From the NCBI RefSeq assembly GCF_009914755.1, contig NC_060942.1: a stretch of 64,000 bases of DNA. One strand, written 5' to 3'. The DNA comes from the human T2T-CHM13v2.0 reference genome, Homo sapiens. Below are positions 1 through 12,897 of the stretch, piece by piece; the stretch's first letter is position 1, and every line of letters starts with the position of its first letter. The position numbers and the translations under genes were made by a program. Below the pieces are notes generated by a model. The model made no database searches. It was given only the letters and a program-made list of their open reading frames with translations, and was not told the origin of the DNA.

Positions 1-172
1 AGGCACTGTGGTCAGGCTAAGGAGGGAGCAGGATGACCACAGAGATGGCTGGTGAGCAGGAGAAGACATTCCAGCCATGGACAGGATGAGTTGGGAGCCA
101 CAAAACCAAAGCTCAGCAATGCCAGTACATCTCCTCAGAAACCAAGGTGGGTGGTTGCTGATGCCTTCAGAC

Positions 173-349
173 CAGTGCTTCTCAAAGGCATAATCACCTG
201 GAGGCCTTGTTAAAGCACAGATGACTCGGCCCCTCAGCCAGAGTTTCTGATTCAGTGGGTCTGGGGTGGAGCCTGAGGATTTGCATTTCTAACAATTTCT
301 TGGGCAGTTCTGACGTTGCTGGCCACGGACGTCACTTTGAAAAGCACTG
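173..349. mobile_element. MER5A (hAT-Charlie non-autonomous DNA transposon)
   Basis: TIRs cagtgcttctcaaa...tttgaaaagcactg; internal tctgattcagtgggtctggggtggagcctgaggatttgcatttctaacaa; degenerate 8-bp TSD cttcagac/tcctagac. Confidence 0.85.
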
Positions 350-827
350 TCCTAGACCAAATAGTCTAAGATGGTACCCACACCCTGCTTGCCACCCTTC
401 TGCACACATTCCCAGAACTTAAATGGCCCCTGGGGAGAAGTGAGAGAGGAAGAGAAAACACATCCTGATAGCCTGAGAAGTCACCCAAAATAGACGGTGT
501 TTACACCCAAAAGTGCTAAGTAATCACCAGTTTGAGTGAAGGAACCTTGACTGCCACAAAAATTTACCAACAGCAGAAATTAGGGCTTGAGGGCTAAGTT
601 CAGTCCAGTTGAAGAGAAAGAAATTGACCAGGTGCACACCTAAGTCTAATTTATTACTATGAAAATTAGTATCCAGTCTATACTAAATTTAGCACAGTTT
701 GTACTCAATATTAGAACAAATGCTGAACTAAATTTTAAATACAAGTTTAGGACTCCGGGAAAGGAAACATCCTGAAAGGATGTTTTTGTGCTTTGTTACA
801 CTAAATCTTTCTTCTAAATAGTTTGAA

Positions 828-973
<146 letters not shown>

Positions 974-2594
974 TAACCTGCCTAGAAGTAAGATGTTTCT
1001 GTAGCCGCAGCACCACCATTATACTACTCATCCTCTGGGCCTCTTCAAAGAACAGAGAAAACAGGAGCTATGTCTGAGTGGATAGCCCTTCTGAGAACTA
1101 TGAGAAGGCAGAACATCTGTGTGCTTGGAACACTACTCCCACATTCCCAGTTCTCCATCTGGGCCCCTGCACGAACAGACTTAGTGCCCCTTTTATGATT
1201 CGCTCAGGGGCCTCACGCACCGACAGCAAATAACAATGTTCAGTCTGCAGTGAAGTGGGATTCTCTCTTTTCAAGGGTCCAGTGTAAAAAGTAAGAGCCC
1301 GTCAGATGGCATCTTTACTTAGACAGCTGGTAGGGTTTGGCTCTTCAGTTTTGCACTGGTTTGGCCCAAAATTGAATTGTGCATCTTTGCTTTTTGCATT
1401 TTCTCTATGCTGACAAGATCTATGTCAGTAATTTATAACTCTCACCAAAGCTGAGTGCACATTTATGAGATTTAGCTGAAATTAATCTATTATGTGTTAT
1501 CTAATGTCCCCACATCTTTCAGCCTCTTGAAGTCAACTGTTTCTTTGATACATGAGCCTCCATCCCGAGTAACTGATGGAAAACCAATGACTTCCTCACT
1601 ATTCCAGGGATTCTCCAGCGGGTGCAGAGTATATATGCCTAATACGTGGTATTGTCCACACTTCTTACTCTGAACTCCAACTCACGGCCCCCACACACAT
1701 GTTGCTGTTTTATCTGTGCACTACCATTCTGTACTCCTCACACTTCATTCAAAGCACAGACAGAACATCTTGTAGACATTTTTAAAACCACTATTAACCC
1801 ATTCAATTTATCCATTTGTTTTCCTATTGAGCACTAATATGTGGCAGCTGAAGTTTTACAAAACAGCACTGAAAAAAATCAGCTTAGTTTACTGTTGTAA
1901 TTTCTACAGTGTATGGAGGTTTTCTAAAACGTAGGGGGCTAATGAACTAGGGTTGCAGCCGGAAGCAATAAGCCACTTGCTCCGGCCTATCAGTATCAGA
2001 TGTCATGATTTCTGAGCCACGGAGATTCCCTTCATGGGAACTGCCTGTCTTCTGAGGGCCTAGCTTTGTGCCTTGGGATTGACTCCTGCTTTCACTGTCT
2101 CTATTGAGGTCTTTCTCTGGCATCTCTTTCCTCCAAGTCGAGGGACTTTTCTACAACTTTTCTCCCTTGAGCTACCAAAATAAAATGGGAAATTGATTTT
2201 AAAGGACCAGAATAATTTAGCTTACTTTGTCTCCTCTTAGTACTCAGCACCTTATGTTTCATATCGAAAAGTCCCATTTCAGTGTTTTCTCAAACAAAAG
2301 AGACACATGTCTTGGATAGGATTCATCACAGATTAAAAGAAACCTACGCAGACCATCATCCATCTTGGAAAATGAAATCTGCCACAGTCATCAATGCAGA
2401 AGATCAGCAAAATATCCTATGAGATGGCTAAATAATCAATCCCTGTGGATTAGATTATGACAGAGGGGCAGACAGTTGACCCAGTCCTGAGGTGAAGTAA
2501 AGTGAAGATATACTGTTGTCCTCATAAGGGGAAATCAAAGATCTTTACTGTATTATTTTTTTCCTAATAGCATATAGAAAAAGCATTTGCCTGA

Positions 2595-2894
<300 letters not shown>

Positions 2895-4835
2895 TCTGAT
2901 CAATATCTATATAACAGACCTCAGTGATATGTTGACTAGTTTCAAAAAAAGAGACCACATCTGCAAAGTGGCTGCAATTAGACTTACTTCCTGATTATGT
3001 TTGTAATAATCCACCATCTTTCTTTAAGGCCATCTATTCTCAGCCTGGTTAAATAATTAGTTAAATGTGGACATGAGAAGAATCTTACATCTGCACACCT
3101 CTAGTCTTTTTTTGGTGGCACTAATTTGTGTCATTCCCAATTCAGTTCACTATTTGAAGGAAAAAGGCAGTTCAAAGGGCTAAGAAGCATCCCTTCCTAA
3201 TATCTTATGGGTTTAAGAACTAATATGGGTATTCTGGCATCAGCAGAGTGTATTTTTGCCCACTGTGTACATTCAAAAAGTGAGGAAATCACCTCATTTT
3301 ATAAAATGCACAGTCACCCTGGTCAATGACCGCAGGTTCCTTTGCAGAATCTCTAGGGTTATTTAGAATTTATTATTTTGGCAAAGACCCAAGGCACTTC
3401 CTCAAAGGAATCTAGCATACTTTTCATTCCAGGGCTCTGAATCTGGAGATTAGTAAGAGGCCATAATTCTTTGTTGTGCCAAAACTCTAATAATGAGACC
3501 TATGATGTTTTAAATTATGAAAACCAAGTAGCTAATAGGCAGCAGTTCCTTTCAGTACAGGGGATGCTATGATCTATTAGCCATCACCAATGACTCCTGA
3601 GGCGTAAGCCATTTTGATCCCTGCTTTAACCTGCTGCCCACATTGGGAATGATACCCACCTTGTTTCTGGCTTTCACACTAAAGTGCAGTCACTTGGTTT
3701 CTGCCACTCTCCATGATCCCATTATCCTCACTGAATTTTGAAAGCCCATTTCAATGGGGGTAACTACCTGTAGTTACCACCTCAGTGTTACTTCCTAGTG
3801 CTTTGGTGAAGGGAGGTCCTCTGGGCCTTCCCAGATAACATAGTGAGGGGATATAAAGCAGGTCACACATGATACATCAACACTAGACTTCTGTCTTTCT
3901 TCGTGTACCTTCCTCTACATTATTTCCTGGAAGTTCTGACATCTCAATTTTATTTAGCCTTGACCACCATGGAGTCCAGGTTTCAGTCTACTGAATACCT
4001 AATCTGGTGAGCCACAAGCGTATACTCAAGTATCATACATTTTGAATCCAGAATATCTGAAAAGTGCAATTACATTAATAAATGTGTCTTAACACAAGCG
4101 TCTCTTTTTTTCTCTCCCTGGTCTAGGTCCCTAAAATCCATTCCTACCATTCCTTGCCAAGTTTCTGCCAATATAAATTAGCAAAACCTTTCAATTCTTT
4201 CCATGTGTAAACTATCTCCTCCCAAGTCGGCCTTTGTACCCGTCCTCCTGTAATTTGATTCTAGGAATGGGTCTGGAAGCAAGACAAGGTGATGGGGCAA
4301 ATCTTGTGGAGAATCAGTAACACCAAGGAAGGTAAATGCCTGAAGTATGGCCCTTACAGCTGCTTCAGATGGATTAGGAAAGGTTTCTTCTACTTACAAG
4401 GAGGTTCAGTGAAATTTGGAGGTTCAGATCCATCAGGATCCACCCAAAAGTCCCCACTCTGTCAATAAATGCCTCAACTTTTACGTGAGATACCAAGTTT
4501 TGTAATTCTGCAATATGAAGCATCAGACTTTGAGTCTAGTTTTCAAATACATTTGTCTCATATTTGGCTATGAAAGTAAGTTACATTTTAAGAAGCTCTT
4601 TTGCTTTCTTATCATGTCTTGAGCTCAACATTTAGAATCCTGAGCTCTTTAAGTGTCTTTATTAGAAAGAAGTGGTGCAGTTAGAAATAGTCTACCTCAA
4701 AGTCCTCGTGGTTATTTATAATAGAATGTTTTAATATAGCAGCCTCTTTATTTCCCAAATCCTTGTCTTTAATAGGTCCTTTATTTAATAATTGTATTAA
4801 ATTATGTATTTACATTAATAATTAAATATTTTTAA

Positions 4836-5219
<384 letters not shown>

Positions 5220-5486
5220 ATCTCTAATCTTAACTAAGCAGATAATCTACCCCAGATCCTCCTCATTTTCAAAAACTGTTTCTTAGGACCACATTTAGTG
5301 CCAAATACTTGCTCAGAAAATCGTACCTGGATAAGCACAACTGCTTATTAGACAGGAGATGACTTAATAGAAGGTATTAGATTCTTTCTTCATTTCTAGA
5401 ATGCCCAGAGAAGCAAAGGTCATTCATTGAAGATCTCTGTTAACTCTTAAATTTACCACTATCTTACTAAGGGGTAGGAAATTTCT

Positions 5487-6901
5487 TTTTTCTTTTATCT
5501 TATTTTAAGTTCGTAGGTACACGTGCAGGTTTGTTAAACTTGTGTCATGGGCATGTGCTGTACAGATTATTTCATCACCCAGGTGTTAAGCCTAGTACCC
5601 ACTGGTTACTTTTTCCTGATCCTCTCCCTCTTCCCACTCTCCACCCTCTGATAAGCCCCAGTGTCTGTTGTTCTCCTTTCTGTGTCCATGTGTTCTCATC
5701 ATTTAGCTCCCACTTATAAGTGAGAACATGTTGCATTTGATTTTCTGTTCCTGTTTGCTAAAGATGATGGCCTCCAGTTCCATCCTTGTTCGTGCAAACG
5801 ACATGATCTCGTTCTTTTTTATGGATGCATAGAATTCTATGGTGTATATGTATCACATTTTCTTTATCCAGTCTACCATTGATGGGCATTTAGGTTGATT
5901 CCATGTCTTTGCTATTCTGAATAGTGGTCCAATGAACATATGCTTGCATGTGTCTTTATGACAGAATGATATATCTCTCTGGATATGTACCCCGTAGTGA
6001 GATTGCTAGGTTGAATGGTAGGTTATGTTTTAAAGTCTTTGAGGAATTGCCACAATGTTTTCCACAATGCTTGAACTAATTTACACTCCCACCAACAGTG
6101 TGTAAGTGTTCCCTTTTCTCTGCAACCTCACCAGCATCTGTTTTTTTTTTTTTTTGACTTTTTAGTAATAGCCAATATTAGCCATTCTGACAGGTGTGAG
6201 ATGGTATCTCATTGTTGTTTTGATTGGCATTTCTCTAATGATCAGTGATGTTGAGCTTTTTTTCATGTGCTTATTGACTACATGTGTGTCTTCTTTTGAA
6301 AAATGTCTGTTCATGTCCTTTGCCCACTTTTTAATGAAGTCGTTTATTTTTTTCTTGTAAATTTGTTTACAAATTCTTGCTGGCCTCATAGAGTGAGTTA
6401 TACAGGAGTCCCTCTTCCTCAATTTTTTGGAATAGTTTCAGTAGGAACAGTACCAGTTCTTCTTTGTAGATCTGGTAGAATTTTGCTGTGAATCCATCTG
6501 GTAATAATCTTTTTTTTTTTTTTTTTTGGTTGATAAGCTATTACTGAGTCAATTTTAGAGCTGCTATTGGTCTGTTCAAGGATTCAATTTCTTCCTGGAT
6601 CAGTTTTGGGAGGGTGTATGTGTCCAGGAATTTATCTATCTCTTTTATATTTTCTAGCCTGTGGGCATAGAGTTGTTCATAATATTACCTGATGGTTACT
6701 TGTATTTCTGTGGGGTCAGTGGTAACATCCCCCTTATTGTTTCTGTGTTTATTTGGATTTTCTCTCTTTTCTTCTTTATTAGTCTAGCTAGCAGTCTATT
6801 TTATTAATTCTTTCAAAAAGCAAACTCCTATTTCTTTGATCTTTTGAGTGATTTTTTGTGTCTCCTTCAGTTCAGCTCTGATTTTTGTTATTTCTTGTCT
6901 T
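5487..6901 (-). mobile_element. 5'-truncated older L1PA (about L1PA13-16) with internal deletion
   Basis: L1 3'UTR and ORF2 C-terminus to ~6378, then a jump to upstream ORF2 sequence; degenerate TSD aggggtaggaaatttct / agggcagggaatttct. Confidence 0.85.
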
Positions 6902-6977
6902 TAGGGCAGGGAATTTCTAAAGCCACAGAAAACTACCGGTAGTGATCACAACTATCTACAGAACAAAAGTAGGTGAT

Positions 6978-7409
6978 TGATATAGTTTGGATATTTGTCC
7001 CCTCTTAATCTTATGTTGGAATGTGGTTCCCAATGTTGGACATGGAGCCTGGTGGGAGATGATTAGATCATGGGAGCAGATCCCTCATGAATGGCTCAGT
7101 ACTATCCCCTGGGTGACGAGTGAGTTCTTGCTCAGTTTATGCAAGATCTAGTTGTCTAAAAGAGTCTAGGACCTCCCCCTTCTCTCTCTCTCTCTCTGGC
7201 TCCCGTGTAGAGTGCCTCACCATGTAGAGTGCCTGCTCTCTTTTGCCTTCCACTATGATTGTAACCTTCCTGAGGCCTTTATCAGAAGCCAAGAACATGC
7301 TGGTGTGATGCCACATACTGCAGAACTGTGAATCAATTAAACCTCTTTTCCTTATACACTATCCAGTCTCAGGTACTTCTTTATAGCAACACAAAAATGG
7401 CCTAGTGCA
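6978..7409 (+). mobile_element. MSTB-type MaLR LTR
   Basis: tgatatagtttggatatttgtcccc...ttctttatagcaacacaaaaatggcctagtgca; TG...CA ends. Confidence 0.85.
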
Positions 7410-7668
7410 GAAAATTGGTACTGAGGAGTGGGGACATTGCTGTCAAGACATCTGAAAAAGTGGAAGTGGTTTTGGAACTGAGTAATAGGCAGAGGTTGGA
7501 GTTCTTAGAAGAAGACAGGAAGACGGGGGATTTGGATATTCTTAGAGACTTGTTGAGTGGTTGTGACCAAAATGCAGGACAAATAAGGACAGTGAAGGTC
7601 AGGCCAACAAGATTTCAGATGGAAATGAGAAAGTTATTGGGAACTGGAGCAAAAGTCACTCTTGTTAT
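7410..7668 (+). mobile_element. MST-int (MaLR internal, 5' part)
   Basis: gaaaattggtactgaggagtgggg directly follows the LTR; continues gtggttttggaactgagtaataggcagaggttgg. Confidence 0.8.
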
Positions 7669-7858
7669 TGATATAGGAGTTAAAAAGGAATTATTTAGGC
7701 AGGTAGTGAGGGTAAGGAAGTCCTCAGTAAGGTTTTCCTTTTAATGAAAAATAGCCCCCAAATCATTTGGTTTTCTAACAAAGAGCAGACTGTAAAATCG
7801 AGCTGCAGACAGACAAGCAAGCTGGAAGCTTGCATGGGTAAATGCTGGCTGTTGCACC
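7669..7858 (+). mobile_element. LTR9-like ERV1 LTR, 5' fragment
   Basis: tgatataggagttaaaaaggaattatttaggcaggtagtgagggtaag...gcaagctggaagcttgca matches the recalled LTR9 start. Confidence 0.7.
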
Positions 7859-8245
7859 TGCAAGGCTCTTGTATCGCTTCGAACCCTGAGAGCATGCCAA
7901 CAAACAACATGAGGAAGTGTGGAGCAACACGCTGTTTTAATGAGCACCTGGGTGCAGGCGTGCTGAGGCCCTAAATGGCATCAGCACCAAATGAGAATGG
8001 GGCAGGGGTTTTATAGTCTCCTGTAAACAGGAGGTGTCTCAGTCTGATGTAACTGCTATGTATACCCAGACGGCCTCTCTTTCGGTCTTCAGGGGGTGTG
8101 TGTCTTCCGGCCAGCTCTCTTCCTGCTTCTGCTATCTTACTGACACACGCTGCTGGCACAAGTGGTCTTGCACCTTGGGACTGGGCCCGAGAAGGGAGGA
8201 GTAATTCCTTCCCTTAAGCTTTCGGGCAGCGGGGAGAATCTTTCA
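7859..8245 (-). mobile_element. MER48 LTR (3' LTR of an HERVH48 provirus)
   Basis: Minus strand tgaaagattctcccc...gatacaagagccttgca; TATA-like tataaaa (~8009-8015); attaaa (~7936-7941); purine-rich tract immediately upstream. Confidence 0.85.
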
Positions 8246-11116
8246 TTCCTGTCTATTTGGTCATAAAAAGGGAAAAGGGATGACTTTCTCAATAACTACT
8301 TCAGGCATGACACAGGGGGTGGCGTGGGCACCTTGGAAAAAGAAAAACTTAATTTTTGGGGTATTCTTGAGAGATGGGTTGGTATTCTTCCTGTCATTGT
8401 AGCAGGAGCATCGTCTCGATTGTCTGGTGGCTAACTGTAGTTTCAACAAGAGTTTTAATGGCTTTTATTATTAGCGGGATAATAGAGGGGAGAAACAGGA
8501 TGAACCCACTGATGAAGATTACATTCCCTAACAGCGTTTTAAATCCTCCTAAATTAGAGAACTACCCTCCTAGAAGGTTTGTTGGGTCCCATCCCTTCCA
8601 GGTTTGGACTGGTACATGGGCTGGAACTGATGTTTGAAGCAATTTCTAGAACCACTTTTCCGTTATCATCTATGTTAAGACAGCAATTAGAGATATTACA
8701 CTTATCACAGACCCCACCTTTTTCTGCTAATAAGTAGTTTAGTGCTAGCCTGTTTGATAAATTGCTGCACGCATTTGGTTTTGTTGTTGGGTGAGCATTT
8801 CCAGGGCTGAGGCGGTTTGGTTAGTGATTATCTCTAGAATCGCCTGTAGTCTAGTTATTCTATTTAGCATATATATGGGAGTGCAATAACCCCATGAACC
8901 ATCCTCAGCCCAAGTGGCAGGACCGTAATATTTGATGATCTGTTGCAGAGGCCATTGTCCTGTGGCCATCTTTGCCTTCTTCCTACCTTTAAGGATCGTT
9001 TTTTTGTTGTTGTTTAGGTTATTATGTACAGGGACTCTGAGGGTGTTGCCTGCTGTTAAAGTTTTGGAGGAAGGAGTAGCCTTGGGGGTGAGCTTGACCC
9101 TGGTGCGATGGATCCAGTGGGGGAGTCCTTGGACTCTCACTGCAATTGGCATGCTTAGTATCACAGTGTAGGGGCCTGTTTGCTTTGGTTATAGGTTTTT
9201 GTGAGGGTCGAGTTGGCAGATAAACATGTCTGTGTCTGCAAGACAGTTATGTTGAGAGGACAAGGAGGTGTTGACAGGGAGGGGCATGGCCTCATTTGCT
9301 GTTTCATGAATGAAAGACTGTCTGGATTAAGGAGGGGAGGTAATTCCCAAATGGCTCAGAGACTGGTAAGGGTGGAGGCCCTAAGACAAAAGTTCGGCCA
9401 TACATGATTTCGAAAGTACTGTAAAAAGAGGGTGGCTTGGTGTTGTGCGGAGTCTTATGAGGGCAAAAGGGAGACTTTTTGTCCACGACTGGTGGGTTTC
9501 TAGAGTGAGCTTCGTGAGTTGGGCTTTAAGGACAGAGTTAATTTTTTCAACTTTGCCTGAAGATTGAGGCCTGTAGGGTGTGTGGAGAACCCATTTTATA
9601 CCTAAGGATGTAGAGATGCCTTGGTTAATTTGGCTGATGAAGGCGGGCCTGTTATTGGACTGGATGGATGTTGGGAGTCCGAAATGGGGAATTATATGCA
9701 TGATGAGAGTTTGTGTGATGACATTTGCACCTTCTGAAGTGGTTGGGAATGCTTCTACCCACCTGGGGAAAGTACAGACAAAGACTAGAAGATAGCAGAG
9801 CCATTTATCAGGCGGCATGTGAGTGAAGTCTACTTGCCAATCTTGCCCAGGTACCTGGCCCCAGGCTTGGTGGGAAGGAAAAGGCAGCGGCCGGAAGGAG
9901 CCCTGGGGTGACACTGAGTGGCAGATAGAGCAAGACTGGGTGATTTCTCGAGCACAGCTGGAAAGGTGAGGACAAGTGAGAACAGGGCAGAGAAGTTATA
10001 AGAGAGGTTTGTAACTGACACGGAAAGAATTATGGAGACTTTGGAGGATAGGTATTGTCTGGAAGGGGTTGGTCTGTTAGGTTTGGAAAAGGTATAAGAA
10101 AGGTTTGAACAGTGTTCACACTGAAATACGTAGGGTCTTGGGCGGTTGTAGCTTCAGGTAAGCGCATGGCCAGGTTCAGACGGGAGCTGGTTAGCATGAT
10201 GATGTGGGGAGTTTCTATGAATAGAGCATACAGTTGGAGGAGCTGTGGGGCAGAGATGAGACTTAGTACACTGTGGTGAGCTAGCATGTCTTTGATGTTA
10301 TGGGTTGAATAAACTGTTAGGTTAGCATGGAGAGATAGTTTTAGACTTTCAAGGGTGAGGACAGCAGCTGCCACCAATGCTCGGAGGCAGGCAGGCCATC
10401 TGAGAACTGTGGCTTCAAGCTGTTTAGAGAGGTAGGCAACAACCCGGAAGGAGGGTCCCTTAGACTGGGTAGAACACCTAGTGTAACTCTATGCCGTTCC
10501 TTGGTATAGAGGGAGTGAGGTTTGGTGAGGTCTGGGAGAGTGAGGTCAGGGGCTGAGGTGAGAGTAGATGGAAAGGTTGGGTAATAGGCTGTGCAGGGTT
10601 TAAAGGCTCACGGAGAGGGCCTTTTGTGCTTTGGTATAATGGTTTGGCAAGTAGAGCGAAGGAGGGAACATAGAGCCTAAAATATCTTGCTAGTCCTAGA
10701 AAAGAGAGAATTTCTTTCTTAGTTTGCGGAGGCAGGAGGTACAGGAGGAGGGATATGCGGTTGGTTGTGAGCCCTCAGGTTCACGAGGTAAGAGCTAGGC
10801 CTAGATAGGTGACTGAGGGGGTGCATATTTGTGCTTTCTTAGGGGAGACCCGGTACCCCTGTTCTGCCAAGAAGTTTAAAAGAGAGATAGTATGGAGGTT
10901 GCAGTCTCTTTGAGAGGGGCTACACAGGAGCAGATCAGTAACATATTAAAGGAGAGCGGACAGTTTTAGGGATAAGGTACAGAGGTCATGAGCAAGGGCC
11001 TGCCCAAAGAGGTGGGGGCTGTCTCTGAAACCTTGAGGCAGTACGCACCAGGTGAGCTGATGTGAAAGGTGGGTGTCAGTGTTTTCTCACGTAAAGGCAA
11101 AGAGGTTTTGGGAATC
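8246..11116 (-). mobile_element. HERVH48-type internal region: partial RT, tether, integrase, env TM; 5'-truncated
   Basis: RT QLTWCVLPQGFRDSPHLFG and YVTD (YxDD decayed); integrase WQVDFTHMP...SNNRPAF...GKVEKIN (ORF 9381-9914); env [17 protein letters not shown]...[14 protein letters not shown]...NCC. Confidence 0.88.
8745..9164 (-). pseudogene. ERV integrase C-terminus fused in frame to env TM fragment
   Basis: One ORF holds [17 protein letters not shown] (IN end) and [38 protein letters not shown] (env); frameshift at ~8753, at the start of the ISD. Confidence 0.75.
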
Positions 11117-11194
11117 TAACACAGATTGTGAATTTGATTTGATTTGATTTTTTAAATGGCTTGGTATAAAAGGGAACGATTGTAGGTATTTATG

Positions 11195-11530
11195 TTTTTA
11201 TTTATAATTGACATAATTAGCATATGTATTTATAGGTTTCAATGTGGTATTTCAATACATATATACATTGTGCAATAATCAAATCAGAGTGATTAGCATA
11301 TCCATTATCTTAAACATTTGTCGTTTCTTTATAATGAGAGTGCTCAGAAGCCTCTTTTAACTATTTCAAAATATGCAATATAATATTGCTAACTCTAGGC
11401 AAACTACTGTGCAATAGAACACCAGAATTTATTCTTCCTATCTCACTAGCTTTGTACCCATTGATCAATCTCTCACCATTCCTCTCACCTCTGATAACCA
11501 CTGTTCTATTCTGTACTTCTATAAGAACAA
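11195..11530 (-). mobile_element. L1MA-family 3' end fragment
   Basis: aattgacataa...gtgcaatagaacaccagaatttattcttcctatct...ataaccactgttcta. Confidence 0.75.
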
Positions 11531-12155
11531 CAGATATTTATGTATTTATATCTTTATTGATAAGCTACACAGTAGATGTTGATAAAAAGTTTCTGTTTCA
11601 ACTAATGCCAAACAAGAGCCACCAGAGCCTGCATGCATCCATTCTAAGACTGATTTTTGCTAACATACTTTTGTGGTAAGAAAAAAAAAGCATAGAAAGA
11701 GTCATATCTTGGCTTCTTACAGTAATAATAAAAAAAGAATAGTGTATTACAAACAATAAAAAAAAGCAAAAGTAATGTAATACAAGTAAATGAAGAATTA
11801 AATATTTGAATATTTGAAAACAGAATAAGCCCTTGATATCCAAAATAAAATTTTTGTTGTTGTTGTTTCCAATTAGTGAGATAAAGTCTCTGTTGGCTGG
11901 ATGTAACTTGAAAGTGACTCAGTCAAAATCTTTCATGACTAAATTTTTTCTTTTTCCATTGCTAGGAAAAGCAAAATTGAAATATTTGTGTTAGTAACAA
12001 AATTAAATCACTTACTTATATCCTTCATAATTATTAATATTCCTAGTATGTATGGCTGTTTTGCCAGTTTATAATAATTAAAACTGTGTGACATCTGGAA
12101 AAGTAGGTACCAAATAAATATTTGTTGACTTAATGAACACAAATTCAGACTATCC

Positions 12156-12897
12156 TTTATTTATTTATTTATTTATTTTTATTATACTTTAAGTTCAGGG
12201 GTACGTGTGCAGAACGTGCAGGTTCGTTACATAGGTATACATGTGCCATGGTGGTTTGCTGCACCCATCAACCCATCATCTACATTAGGTATTTCTCCTA
12301 ATGCTCTCCCTCCCGTAGCCCCCACCCCCTGACAGGCCCCAGTGTCTGATGTTCCCCTCCCTGTGTCTATGTGTTCTCATTGTTCAACTCCCACTTATGA
12401 GTGAGAACATGCAGTGTATGGTTTTCTGTTCTTGTGTTAGTTTGCTGAGAATGATGGTTTCCAGCTTCATCCATGTCCCTGCAATGGACATGAACTCATC
12501 CTTTTTTATGGCTGCATAGTATTCCATGGTGTATATGTGCCACATTTTCTTAATCCAGTCTATCATTGATGAGCATGTGGGTTGGTTCCAAGTCTTTGCT
12601 ATTGTGAACAGTGCCACAATAAACATACGTGTGCATGTGTCTTTATAATAGAATGATTTATAATCCTTTGGGTATATACCCAGTAATGGGATTGCTGGGT
12701 CGAATGGTATTTCTAGTTATAGATCCTTGAGGAATCACCACTGTCTTCCACAGTGGTTGAACTAGTTTACACTCCCACCAACAGTGTAAAAGCATTCCTA
12801 TTTCTTCACATCCTCTCCAGCATCTGTTGTTTCCTGACTTTTTAATGGTCACCATTCTAACTGGTGTGAGATGGTATCTCATTGTCATTTGATTTGA
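12156..12897 (-). mobile_element. 5'-truncated L1PA7/8 3' end
   Basis: (TTTA)n tail, L1 3'UTR and ORF2 C-terminus ([16 protein letters not shown]...); no TSD seen. Confidence 0.9.

Noticed and set aside
640-755. Imperfect AT-rich inverted repeat centred on aatatt (~708)
   Set aside because: Arms need several gaps; cannot be told from chance or a decayed MITE by eye.
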